A stretch of DNA of 64,000 bases. It comes from Torpedo marmorata (taxonomy: Eukaryota). Where the stretch lies: contig OZ360221.1 of the NCBI GenBank assembly GCA_977017645.1, positions 97,588,001 to 97,652,000 on the forward strand, given 5' to 3'. Made by a program: the position numbers and the translations under genes. Below are positions 37,285 through 47,759 of this stretch, one piece after another. The notes beneath the pieces were generated by a model. It saw nothing but the letters and a program-made list of their open reading frames with translations. It was not told the DNA's origin and ran no database searches. Position 1 is the stretch's first letter, and each line of letters opens with the position of its first letter.

Positions 37285-38994
37285 CCGTATATGCCATTGT
37301 ATAGGATGACTTGTGTATAGGACGACCCGGAATTTACACCTAAAATGTTGGTTTTGAGCAATACCCTTTGAATAAGACGACCCCCCCCAAAAATCTGGCA
37401 CATACCGCTGACCAGTGGATGCTGTTAAAAGCAAATCACAATATTTTAATAACAAATGATCATTTAAAGGTTTTAATTTTATCAGAATCAGAATCAGAAT
37501 TTATTGTCATGAACAAGTCATGAAATTCGGTGTTTTGCGGCAGCATCATAGTGCAATTAACATTCATATTAACCATCTAACGACATTACTATACAAAATT
37601 ATAAACAATAGTGCACAAAAAGTAAGGTAGTGTCTTTGGTTCATTGATTATTCAGGAATCTGATGGCAGCGGGGAAGAAGCTGTCCTTGTGCCGTTGAGT
37701 GCTCGTCTTTAGGCTCCTGTACCTTTTCCCCGATGGAAGCAGAGTGAAGAGGGCATTGCCTGGGTGGTGGGGGTCCTTGAGGATAGAGGCTGCTTTTTAA
37801 GACACCGCCTCATGTAGATGTCCTCGATGGAGTGAAGTTTGGTGCCTGTGATGTCACAGGCCGAGTTAACAACCTTCTGGAGTTTACTCTTGTCCTGGGA
37901 GTTGGCGCCGCCATACCAGACAGTGATGCAACCAGCCAGAATGCTCTCCACGGTACACCTGTAGAAGTTTACGAGAGTCTTTGGTGACATACCGAATCTC
38001 CGCAAACACCTCACAAAGTATAGCCGCTGACGAGCCTTCTTTGTGATTGCATCCACATGGATGCTCCAGGACAGATCCTCGGAGGTGTTGACACCCAGGA
38101 ATTTGAAGTTCTTGACCATCTCCACTACTGAGCCCTCGATGAGGACTGGATCGTGTTCCCCTGACTTCCTCCGGAAGTCCACAATCATCTCCTTGGTTTT
38201 GCTGACGTTGAGTTCAAGGTTGTTGTCATTACACCATTCAACGAGCTGATCTATCTCCCTCCTGTACGCTTCCTCATTGCCGTTTGTGATTCTGCCGAAA
38301 ACTGTGGTGTCATCGGCAAACTTGTATATGGCATTGGAATTGTGCCTGGCCACACAGTCATGAGTGTATAACGAGTAGAGCAGTGGACTAAGCACGCATC
38401 CTTGGGGTGCGCCTGTGTTGATAATCAGTGAGGAGGAGACGTTGTTTCCAATTCGTACTGACTGTGGTCTTCCAATGAGAAAGTCAAGGATCCAGTTGTA
38501 GAGGGGGGTACAGAGGCCTAGAGTTTGTAGTTTCTTGACCAGCACTGAGGGAATAATGGTATTGAAGGCCGAGCTGTAGTCGATGAAGAACAACCGTATG
38601 TATGAATTGCTGTTTTCGAGGTGATCCAGAGCTGAGTGGAGAGCCAGCGATATTGCATCTGCTGTGGAGCGATTGTGGCGATAGGCGAATTGCAGTGGAT
38701 TTTATTTGGATATTTTAAAATAAACCACTGTCGGCTCCTGCAACAGGCCCGTTTAAAGCCTGTATAGAGCCGACAGCAGTCGGACCGGGTGGATGGACCC
38801 CGCGGAGGAGCGCTGACACTTCGCAAATATCTCACGGGGCACGCGAAAGATTGCATCGGAGTCAGCGGGAAGATGGCGGTAGTGTTGCGACTTCATGTCA
38901 AGGTAAGAATTTTAGACTCTTTGAATAGGACGACCCTGATTTAAAGGTGAACATTTTAAGTTTCGAGGATCGTCCTATACAATGGCATATACGG
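37285..38994. mobile_element. Non-autonomous pogo-type element containing a Rex/Babar insertion
   Basis: TIRs CCGTATATGCCATTGTATAGGAYGA / TCGTCCTATACAATGGCATATACGG; TA TSD. Confidence 0.9.
37483..38698 (-). mobile_element. Young 5'-truncated Rex1/Babar LINE
   Basis: [38 protein letters not shown]; (TTCTGA)n tail; candidate TSD ATTTTAT (37476-37482 / 38699-38705). Confidence 0.92.
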
Positions 38995-39682
38995 TAGTCA
39001 ACAAATTGAAAAATCAGGGAATTAAGGACTATAAGGAACTGTCAATGAAGAGATGAGACCTGGGGCAGATCAGCCATGATCATATTGAATGGCAGTATGG
39101 TTTGAGGAGAGAGTGGCATTCTCCTGCTCCTATTTTCTTCTGGTCTTTTGAAAGATGTTAAAATTTTAAGGGAATCAGAGTTTGCAGGCTTAGTGCAGGA
39201 AAGTGGCTGAGGTAAAAACAATCAGCTGCTGCTACTGAATGACAGAACGGGCATGCCTGGCTGACGGGTCTCCTGTTTATATTCCTCCTGTTTTTATTTG
39301 CCTGCGTTGATCCCATTATCCTTGGATTCTAAAAATATCTTAAAATCTATCAACCTCTCTCTTGACTCCATTGCCCTTCCAGGCAAAGAAGTGCAGTTTC
39401 ACCGTTCCGATTTGTTGAGGGAGACTGGTTGAAAGTCAACAGTTCTCTTCAGGACAGTTAACCTCAGCCAGTGTGAATCAGCCCAGTGCTTTCAGGTTGA
39501 TCATGATCTGTACATAATTACAACTTTTTTTTTGAAAAATTAAGTTGTAGAGAATGATGACAGTCACCGAAGAAAAAATTAAATGCCCGCATTCAGTATT
39601 TTTCAAAATGACACTATTACATGGTAATATTTACCAAACTTCCAGTAAACACACTTATGAATAAAGATATATGCTATTTTAC

Positions 39683-39775
39683 CATTCTTGTGTCATCCGC
39701 TCCACTTGTAGACAACTCCATTGTATTCGTTTCATCTCCGTTATTACGATCAGGGCAAGCACTCTCAACATCCAT
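39683..39775 (-). CDS. STEAP1: STEAP1 first coding exon (exon 39683-39794 including 19 nt of 5'UTR): MDVESACPDRNNGDETNTMELSTSGADDTRM
   Basis: Minus strand reads ttttccag|GTGCTAACATTGACTTTCA ATG GAT...AGA ATG|gtaaaa. 31 codons, phase 0, compatible with the next exon. Size and position mirror the short first coding exon of mammalian STEAP1, but the N-terminal sequence itself is not conserved. Confidence 0.75.
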
Positions 39776-40001
39776 TGAAAGTCAATGTTAGCACCTGGAA
39801 AAATCAATAAAAAGTATATGTACAGCATCGCAGGTTCTAGCACAAACTCAAACCCAGAATCATCCTTTTTGATTTTGGTCAAAGAGAGGAAGACCTCGAA
39901 TAGGAGACATTTTCCAGTCAGATGAAATTGGACTGTTAATAGAACCAAATGTAACTAACACCAGCCGAACCGCTCGCGCCCAGTGTGTGGGTCAAACTCA
40001 C

Positions 40002-40260
40002 ATCCACCGCCCAGGCGCAAACCAGCGTCGCCGTGCGGCGAAAGACAGCATAATGGGACAGAGAGAGCCAATTCGAGTTACCAAAGTGCTGTCAGCTCGA
40101 TCCAGCCAGACGATTGAGACAGGGAAAGTAACCCAAGCACAAGACAAACTGTTCAGTTCCGAGTTTCCTCGTCCGGCGTGAAACAAAGCACGTGTCCCGT
40201 TCACCCAATGCCTCCGTCATTCCCTTTCTCCAAACCCCGTCCTTCTACTCCTTGATTGGC
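40002..40260 (-). promoter_or_regulatory. STEAP1: Putative STEAP1 non-coding exon 1 and promoter
   Basis: Locally CpG-rich (39960-40200). Minus-strand donor GATG|gtgagt with GT at 40001-40000, E-box CACGTG 40189-40194, CCAAT 40205-40209 and ATTGG 40255-40259. The TSS is not determinable. Confidence 0.55.
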
Positions 40261-40310
40261 TCAGACATCCTGTCAATAACCTCCACCCCAAACCACTCTA
40301 TTCAAGGTGG

Positions 40311-40492
40311 TAAAAAACACAAAAGCTGGAGAACTCAGCAGGTCAAACAGTGTCTTTTATGTAGCTTGCCCGAAACGTCGGTTATGTATTTCTACCTTTG
40401 CTACATAAAAGACACTGTTTGACCTGCTGAGTTCTCCAGCTTTTGTGTTTTTTACTACATTATTACGGTGTCTACAGATTTTCGTGTTTACT
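40311..40492 (+). mobile_element. Penelope-derived mini-element with inverted partial duplication
   Basis: TSD TCTATTCAAGG(T/C)GG (40297-40310 / 40493-40506); perfect 56-bp inverted arms; GCCCGAAACGTC hammerhead 3' half. Confidence 0.8.
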
Positions 40493-41284
40493 TCTATTCA
40501 AGGCGGGACAGGATTTTCCTGCACTGGACTCTGGTCGTCGGAGACAACAAATAACAACAAACACCTGTGAATTCCTGAGGTCTTGAAATGCAAGCCGAAA
40601 TTTCACACCTGATTTCGGAAGAAATTCCTGATTTTTTATCCTACCAGAAATTAGTGTGAATAATTACATAGCAACTTAAACACGATGTGGAGTTGAATGG
40701 CAATATCCAGGAATTGCTGACTTTTTGCTTTGTTTCAAGTTGCATCCGCATGGTCATTCGTTCAATGTGGAATTGACGATTATTTGCGGAAGATAATCTC
40801 AAAAACACACACAGTATTGATCGATTGTTAAAGTACTCGCAATTAAACTATAATAGGTGTACAATCTCATTCATTTAGATTGTGCCCCGTTTAAGAAAAC
40901 GTTAAAGATGTGCTTTTATTGTCTGATTTACAGTTTGACTTTTAAATCTTTTAATCACATCTTTCCCATGATTTAACGTTGACCTCAACGCCTTAATTTG
41001 CCCTCCTTCCGATCCTCTGGTGTTTATTTGCTGATTATTTTATCGAATTCGGCAAATAGATAAACTTCTGAATGCCTCGTTCCTTCCGATCTAAAGAGCC
41101 CCTTTTCTCTGTACCATCACCGTCTCGCAATTTCAGCTAGTTGGAGACACAAGCGACTGAAGATGCTGGAATATGGAGCAAAAAATAATAATCTGCTGGA
41201 AGAACTCAGCGGGTCCAGCATTTGCCTGTATTAAACTTGCATTGTTTTATGTCTTTCTGTGGTAAACCACTGTTTAGGTGTATT

Positions 41285-41509
41285 GTGTGCTAGGGTGTAG
41301 TATGGGCATGTCCTGCTGTCTGTCCCGGTGTCTCCTCCCCCCTCCCCTGGTTGTCCCGGTAATCCCTCCCCTTTCCTCACCTTGTGCCACCGCTCCGCCC
41401 CAGTCCGGGATCAGATCTGCAGGTCTACTGTAGCTGTGTTTATAGTTAATAAAAGCCTATGGTTCGTTTCCACTCATAGTCTCTTGAGTGATTATTGATA
41501 GGCCTATCA
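41285..41509 (+). mobile_element. Possible partial Gypsy-type LTR
   Basis: AATAAAAG then ...TTATTGATAGGCCTATCA, typical of short LTR U5 ends; no TSD found. Confidence 0.35.
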
Positions 41510-41726
41510 CTTTCTTATCCATCTACCTGTTCAAACGATGCCTCATAGGCCAAGCTGTTGTTCATTGATTTCAGCTCAACGTTCAACAGGATCATACCTC
41601 AGAGGCTGGTGGACGAACTGTCCTTGCTGGGACTCAACACCCCTCACTGCAACTGGATGCTGGACTTCTTGACTGAAAGACAACAGTCAGTCTGGGTTGG
41701 TAGCAAAATCTCAAGTACCATCACGC

Positions 41727-42067
41727 CAGGGTCGGCGCCAAGGGGGGGCATTTGCGGGCATTCCCCCCCCAAGCGAGGTGCTGTGCCCCCACCACGCGCT
41801 CGCGGCCATCGCTCGCCGTCAGACCCGCCCCCACCACTAGCGTGCGTCAATCGTCACTAGCGTCTAGCTTGACGCACTAGTGACTCTCCACGCAATAAAA
41901 GCAGCGCTTTCGTCTGCTACGTCGGAGGGACGGAGGACGTTAACGATCGTTCGTCAGGCAGGCACCCCCCCTCCCCCGCTGAGCGAGTTTACGAGTGTTG
42001 TACTGTGCCCTCCCCCCCCCGGTGACTCTAATGCCCCCCTCTAACACTCGTTCTGGCGCCGACCCTG
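41727..42067. mobile_element. CpG-rich hAT MITE
   Basis: TIRs CAGGGTCGGCGCCA / TGGCGCCGACCCTG; 8-bp TSD CATCACGC (41719-41726 / 42068-42075). Confidence 0.92.
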
Positions 42068-42194
42068 CATCACGCTAAGCACTGGCACACCTCAGGGCTG
42101 TGTGCTCAGCCTGCTACTGTTCATGCTGCTGACTCATGACTGCACTGCCAGATTCAGTTGAAACCGAATTATCAAGTTTGCAGATGAAACAATA

Positions 42195-43092
42195 CAGGTA
42201 GTCCTCAACTTACGACCGTAATTGGGACCAAAGGAGCGGTCGTAACTCGGATTGGTCATAAGTCGGATTCATCCTGCCGCACATATCTGCTACCACCCCC
42301 ACTACCACCACCATCAACATTATTTTCAGTTTAAAGCCTTGTTTCCAGCTCTAGTTGTTGTATTTACTTGGATTCTGGTCCTAGCTAATTCAAGGGAAAC
42401 CCATCCTTACGGAACAGCTCTTCCTTTCCCAATTTCAACCATCAGTGATCCATAAACGGATACCTTTCACCCCCGCCCCCTATTTTTAGCCCCAACCGCC
42501 CATCCATCCGAGCTCCCGACGCCCTGACCTCCTGCCCATCCGAGCCACCGACGCATCAGCCACTGGCTCATCGGAGCTCCAGACGCCCCGACCGCCCACA
42601 CATGCGAGCTCCCGACGCCTCGGCCACCCGCCCACCGGAGCTCCCGACTGCGGATCCTTGCCTGGGCCGCCCGTCCATTCGAGCTCCCGATGCCCCGAAC
42701 ATGCCTTCATTACCCATAATCCCCCACGCAGCTGGAACCGCTCTGCATTTCCCTGGAGCTGGCACTGGCAGAGCGGTTCCAGCTGCGTGGGGGATTATGG
42801 GTAACGAAGACGGCCATTGATCCCGCATTGAGCAGCTGCTCCTGGCGGCGAAATTGCCATTTCTGGTTTAATACAAATTAATTTGTGCTTTAATTTCAAC
42901 TGTAATAACGCTTTATTGAAACGCCGATTTAGTGCGACCCCGCTTTTTTTGCGATGCGATTTTTATGAACTTCAAGTAAATACTGTAATAAAGAATCTCA
43001 ACATATATACAGTACTATTAATACAAATTTTTTTTTCGGTCGTATGTGCGTGTGGACGTAACTCGCGTAGGTCATAAGTTGAGGACTACCTG
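42195..43092. mobile_element. Tigger-type non-autonomous element with internal minisatellite and long hairpin
   Basis: TIRs CAGGTAGTCCTCAACTTAYGACC; TA TSD; GAGCTCCCGACGCC repeats at 42500-42700. Confidence 0.92.
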
Positions 43093-43596
43093 TAGTTGGC
43101 CTCAAGGGCAACAACGATGAGTCAGCTTACAGGGAGATGATTGGGTGGCTTTTAAAATGGTGTGAGAACAACAACCTAAGTATGAACGAGGACAGGACAA
43201 ATTAGATGATTGTGGACTTAAGGAGGACGAAGATCGACCAGTCTCCATTACACATCAATGGTTCTGTTGCGGAGAGCACAAAGTTCCTTGGAGTGCAAAA
43301 AAGGACGACCTATCCTGGACCCACAATGCCTCCTCATTAGGAATGTGCAGCAGTGCCTACACTTCCTAAGGAGGTTGAGGAGGGAAAGGCTACTGGCTCC
43401 CATCTTGACAGCATTTTACATGAGCACAATTGAGAGCATCCTATCTGGCTGCATCATTGCATGGTATGGTAGTTGCAAATTGAACCAGAAATCAATACAG
43501 AGGATCATCTAAATAGCTGAGAAGATGTTGTGTTTGGAAAAGTATCAGGTTCGGTGGGATCACAGAGAGACGAGTCTGGACAGAAGTGTTACAATC

Positions 43597-43798
43597 AAAG
43601 GTAAAGGTTCCACTATTGTCATGTAATACTACGTTTAGAATGTAACATACATGAAATTCTTTAACTTTGTCTACCGTAAGGAAGACAGAGAGTCGCTACT
43701 TTGTCCAGCGCCCCTCACAGAAATGAGGCCCCAGCGAGGAATGAACTCGCAACCCCTGGTTTACAAGACCAGTGCTCTAACCACTGAGCTGTGGAGCC
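43597..43798 (-). mobile_element. SINE with a full-length tRNA-Thr head and Rex/Babar-type tail
   Basis: Absent from the paralogous LTR at 33.4 kb; tRNA then ~125 nt ending GAATTTCATG...ATGACAATAGTGGAACCTTTACCTTT. Confidence 0.8.
43726..43798 (-). tRNA. tRNA-Thr(TGT)-derived sequence, probably non-functional as a tRNA (SINE head)
   Basis: GGCTCCACAGCTCAGTGGTTAGAGCACTGGTCTTGTAAACCAGGGGTTGCGAGTTCATTCCTCGCTGGGGCCT, 73 nt, full cloverleaf, anticodon at 43765-43763; invariant U8 is C and A58 is T. Confidence 0.85.
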
Positions 43799-44372
43799 TA
43801 TTTAACACTCGGGAAACCAATAGGGGAAGACGTCAAACGATACTTAATTACTCTTGCTTACCCTACCACACTCTCCCGCACCTGTACACACTTCACAGAC
43901 AGGGACTTTCAAACACACTCCCGATTCCCTGTACCAACGGGGGTGCAGTTCTCTGCAAGCACTGATCTATTGCAGTACTATGGCTCAACTCACTTACCTG
44001 CAACTCCTCCAGTGATGTCCATGGTAGCGACCTGGCGTGGAGCGATGTCCGGGACATGGATCAAGAGGCAGAGAGAGTGAAATGTGGCATACGTTGATGT
44101 TTATACTGTTCTGAGCTGGGCGTCTGGCCAATGATGACACTGAATCATTTAAATGAGCCAACGGTAAGGTGTGCACTGATGGGTGGCCGGAGTTCAACCT
44201 TGATTGGCAGGTGATGCGACTTCCGACTAGGTTTCAGACAGGGAGGTCACATGATTCTCCGCAATCCACAGTGTTCCAGACAGGGAGGCCATGTGTTCTT
44301 CCACATCCTTCCTGTAGTGTGGTGACCAGAACCATACATAATATTCCAACTGTGATCCAACCAATGTTTGTA

Positions 44373-44600
44373 CAGCGGCACAGTTAGCGCAACTCTATTA
44401 CAGCACCATCGACCCAGGTTCAAATCCGCTGCTGTCTGTAAGGAGAATGTACGTTCTCCTTGTGTCTGCGTGGGTTTCCTCCGGGTGCTCCGGTTTCCTC
44501 CCACATTCCAAAGACATATTGGGTTTGTAGGTTAATTGGTGTATTTAGGCAGTGAGCGTTTGTGGGCTGGAAGGGCGTATTACCACCTGAAAAAAAATTA
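44373..44600 (+). mobile_element. V-SINE/HE1-like SINE
   Basis: GGTTCAAATCC, GTACGTTCTCCTTGTGTCTGCGTGGGTTTCCTCCGGGTGCTCCGGTTTCCTCCCACA (V-domain). Confidence 0.85.
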
Positions 44601-44926
44601 GAGATTAAAAACTTACTGCTATCATTTTGATTGCTATTCCTTAAGTTACATTTATTCACTTTAAGATGGACTGCATCAAACAGAAAGCAAAGATAAGCTG
44701 ACAAAATAATTCTTATCACAATACTTGTAACAGAGTTTACCAACATCAGAATGATTTGAGCTATTTCTCATCATACATTGAGGCAAGTATGTAATGTACT
44801 ACTTTGAATTTTGTAAAGAAACAAGCTTTTCATTCGATTCCATAACTTATGACAGACATGTTCATGAGAATATGTCAATTTTAATTTCACATATAGATTG
44901 TTATAATTATTTTGTACTTAATTATG

Positions 44927-45222
44927 TAACGGTATGGTTAGCCTAGTGGTTAGGATTACGCTATTACAGCGCCAGTGACGCAGGTTCGAATCCGGCGCTA
45001 TCTGTAAGGAGTTTGTACATTCTCCCCGTGACTGCATGGGTTTCTTTCAGGTGCTCTGGGTTCCTCCCACCATCCAAATGTACGGGATTGTAGGTTAATT
45101 TGAGTGGCACGGGTTTAAATGGCCGGAATCGGCTTCTTTCTACCATGCTCTAAATAAAATAAATAAATAGACAGATAAATAAACAAACAAACAAACAAAT
45201 AAATAAATAAATAGATAGATAC
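44927..45222 (+). mobile_element. V-SINE/HE1-like SINE with (AAAT/AAAC/AGAT)n tail
   Basis: GGTTCGAATCC B box, V-domain, microsatellite tail. Confidence 0.85.
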
Positions 45223-45484
45223 ACCTTAAAATAAATACATTTTCAAAGTTAGACCAATCAAAATATACACGGGAAACAATTAATGCACAAACAGGAATAA
45301 CTGCCAAAAATTAATTGTGCATCCAATGAATGTGCTATGTATTGGGTGAAATGAACCAAAGACAAAAAAGACAATTTCAGTTGTAGGGTCAAAGGGAAGT
45401 GATGGTTGCACGACAGATCAGATCAAGGTCAAGGCAGCAATCATTTTAGTGGTCATGCTGATTGTGAGTGGGGAGCTGATTTAA

Positions 45485-45772
45485 TTTAAAAAAAAATTAA
45501 ATGTAGACATACAGTATGTTAACACGCCCTTCTGGCCCAGGAGCCTGTGCCCCCCAAATATGCCAATTAACCTAAAATCCCCTTATGTTTTTGGAAGTGT
45601 GGGAGGAAACCGGAGCATCTGGAGGAAATCCATGGAGACATGGGGAGAACATACAAACTACTTACATACAGTGCCGGATTCAAACCTGGGTCGCTGGTGC
45701 TATAATAGCGTTGCACTATATTAAATGTGCTGCCCTACGCTAACCATGCTGCCCATACGCTAACTGTGCCAC
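45485..45772 (-). mobile_element. V-SINE/HE1-like SINE
   Basis: Reverse complement of the V-domain; duplicated 5' head motif. Confidence 0.8.
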
Positions 45773-47064
45773 TGATCAGGTAAGGGGCCAGAAATCAAGC
45801 AATCATAAGGGATTGGGGGGGGGGGGCGGTGGTGTACAGTGAATACAATTGTCTTGGAGATCTGATAAGGGCCTTTGGCTCATTCAGTAATCAGATAAGA
45901 TAAAAGGAGAGTGGGGATTGCTGTGGAAATCAGATACATTCTACACTCCTTTAGGAGACTGTGGATCAGCAAGCCTGTGGCCTCAGTGAATTGGATTATT
46001 GAGGAGACGATAAATCACTGGTGGGGACATTTGGGTGATCATTGTGCTGAGGGTAAAGTGATTGGTGGCAGCTGGGAGGAAGAAAAAGTTCCAATACATG
46101 AGAAATGGACTCTAGATAAATGTAAATTATGAGAATTACCTTAATTTAGTCCCAGTCTGTCACTGTTCTAAGAAGAACGAATTTTTCTGGAGGTGACCAA
46201 TGATGGCTGCTGCAAGAATAATGTACAGTACTTCTATTTTCCTTCTGCAATGTGGTAATATTAATTTGATGATGCTTGCCATGCAAATTATGCCATTTGT
46301 GTGGGTATGACTCATGCTGGGGATGTTTTGTCTGGAATGGCAAGAAAGAACCTGGAAACAAACATTTAAAAAGAAAATGCCGGAAACACTCAATAGATCA
46401 TGCAACATTTGTGGAAACAAGAATTTTGATTTCTGATGAAAGACTTTGTCAGGACTGGGAAATAGAGAAAATAAATTAATTTTAAATTGCAGAGAAAATG
46501 GGGCAGATAGATAGCGTGGGGCCAAAGTTTGCACTGTTAAACTGCTAATGAATTTCCTACTGCCCTGACAACCTTTACACGCCCCTTTATTTTCTCTCTC
46601 TCTAATTTCCCCCATAAAGAAAGAACATAGGCCCTTCAGCTCATGAAAACCTATGTAAACCTACACCACAACAACCTAATCCATTCCTATCTCACACCCA
46701 TAACCTATTTTGCTTACATCATGAGCCTATCTAAGTCTTTTAAATATCCCCATTGTACCAGCCTCCACCACCACACCCAACAATGTGTTCCAGGCACCCA
46801 CCAACTCTATGTAAAAAACTTACCTCTGAAGTTCCCCCCCTAAACTTTCTTCCACTCACCTTAAACACATGTCATCTGGAATTTGCTAATATCGCCCAGG
46901 AAAAAGGTGCTGGCTGTCCACCCTATCCACAGTATGTCCCTTATATACCTCTATTAAGTCTATATATCGACCTTTCCTTCTTTCTAAAAACTGCAAGGAG
47001 ATTTGGCACATTGTTGAATACTCCATCAAACTTTTTAAGGTGTACTGACTACAGCAAGTAAGAA

Positions 47065-47233
47065 GTAAACACGAAAATCTGTAGACACCGTAATAATGTA
47101 GTAAAAAACACAAATGCTGGAGAACTCAGCAGGTCAAACAGTGTCTTTTATGTAGCAAAGGTAGAAATACATAACTGACGTTTCAGGCTTGAGCCCTTCT
47201 TCAAAGTATGAGAAAATGCCGGCAGACGTCCGA
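47065..47233 (-). mobile_element. Penelope-derived mini-element with minimal hammerhead motif (47170-47210)
   Basis: 14-bp TSD ACAGCAAGTAAGAA (47051-47064 / 47234-47247); minus CATACT-TTGAAGA-A-GGGCTCAAGCCT-GAAAC-GTC-AGTTATG. Confidence 0.8.
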
Positions 47234-47759
47234 ACAGCAAGTAAGAATTTTCATGCATCTGAATGTTGTACTCATATACTCTATATGACAATAAACTCTC
47301 ATACTCAACCTAATGGTTTCATCAACATCATGTCACCACAACAAACCTGGCCTCACTGTATCAGAGATATTCTCTTCATCCTATCCATTTTTCCCAACCC
47401 TCTCTGCAGCTTAAAACTAACGTGTTTTCTCTTTGTCCAGTTCTAATGAAGTATCCTCAATTTGAAATATTAACTTTGTTTCTCTTTCTGCAGATGCTGC
47501 TTGGCCTGTCGTGTATTTTCTGCATTGTTATTTTTATCTTTTTTGCAATGTAAATCTAGTTTATTTTAAAGCCACTGACAGGCAATGGATTCTGAATTCT
47601 AACCAAGTATTGTCACCTCTGTTTCTTTTTCAATTAAAGTCTATGCCATTAGGGTATTCTTAAGCTTTTGGAAGCAGATTTTCCTGATTTACTCTGTTTA
47701 AATTCTCCTTTAACAACATCGGCCTCTCTAATCTACCTCTAGTCTGTTCACATGGAATC

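Larger units (their letters stand above)
41525..43525 (+). mobile_element. Degraded Rex1/Babar LINE with two MITE insertions
   Basis: [21 protein letters not shown]; GTPQGCVLS; IKFADET; LHFLRRLR..FYMSTIESIL. Confidence 0.85.
43526..44305 (-). mobile_element. Solo LTR related to 32894-33499, same orientation as STEAP1, with SINE insertion
   Basis: Colinear with the reverse complement of 32894-33499; TATAAA 44105-44100; GCAG|GTAAGT donor (GT at 43997-43996); the two flanks do not match. Confidence 0.85.

Noticed and set aside
43726-43798. Functional tRNA-Thr gene
   Set aside because: U8 and A58 are mutated, there is no oligo-T terminator, it is fused to a retro-tail and inserted in an LTR.
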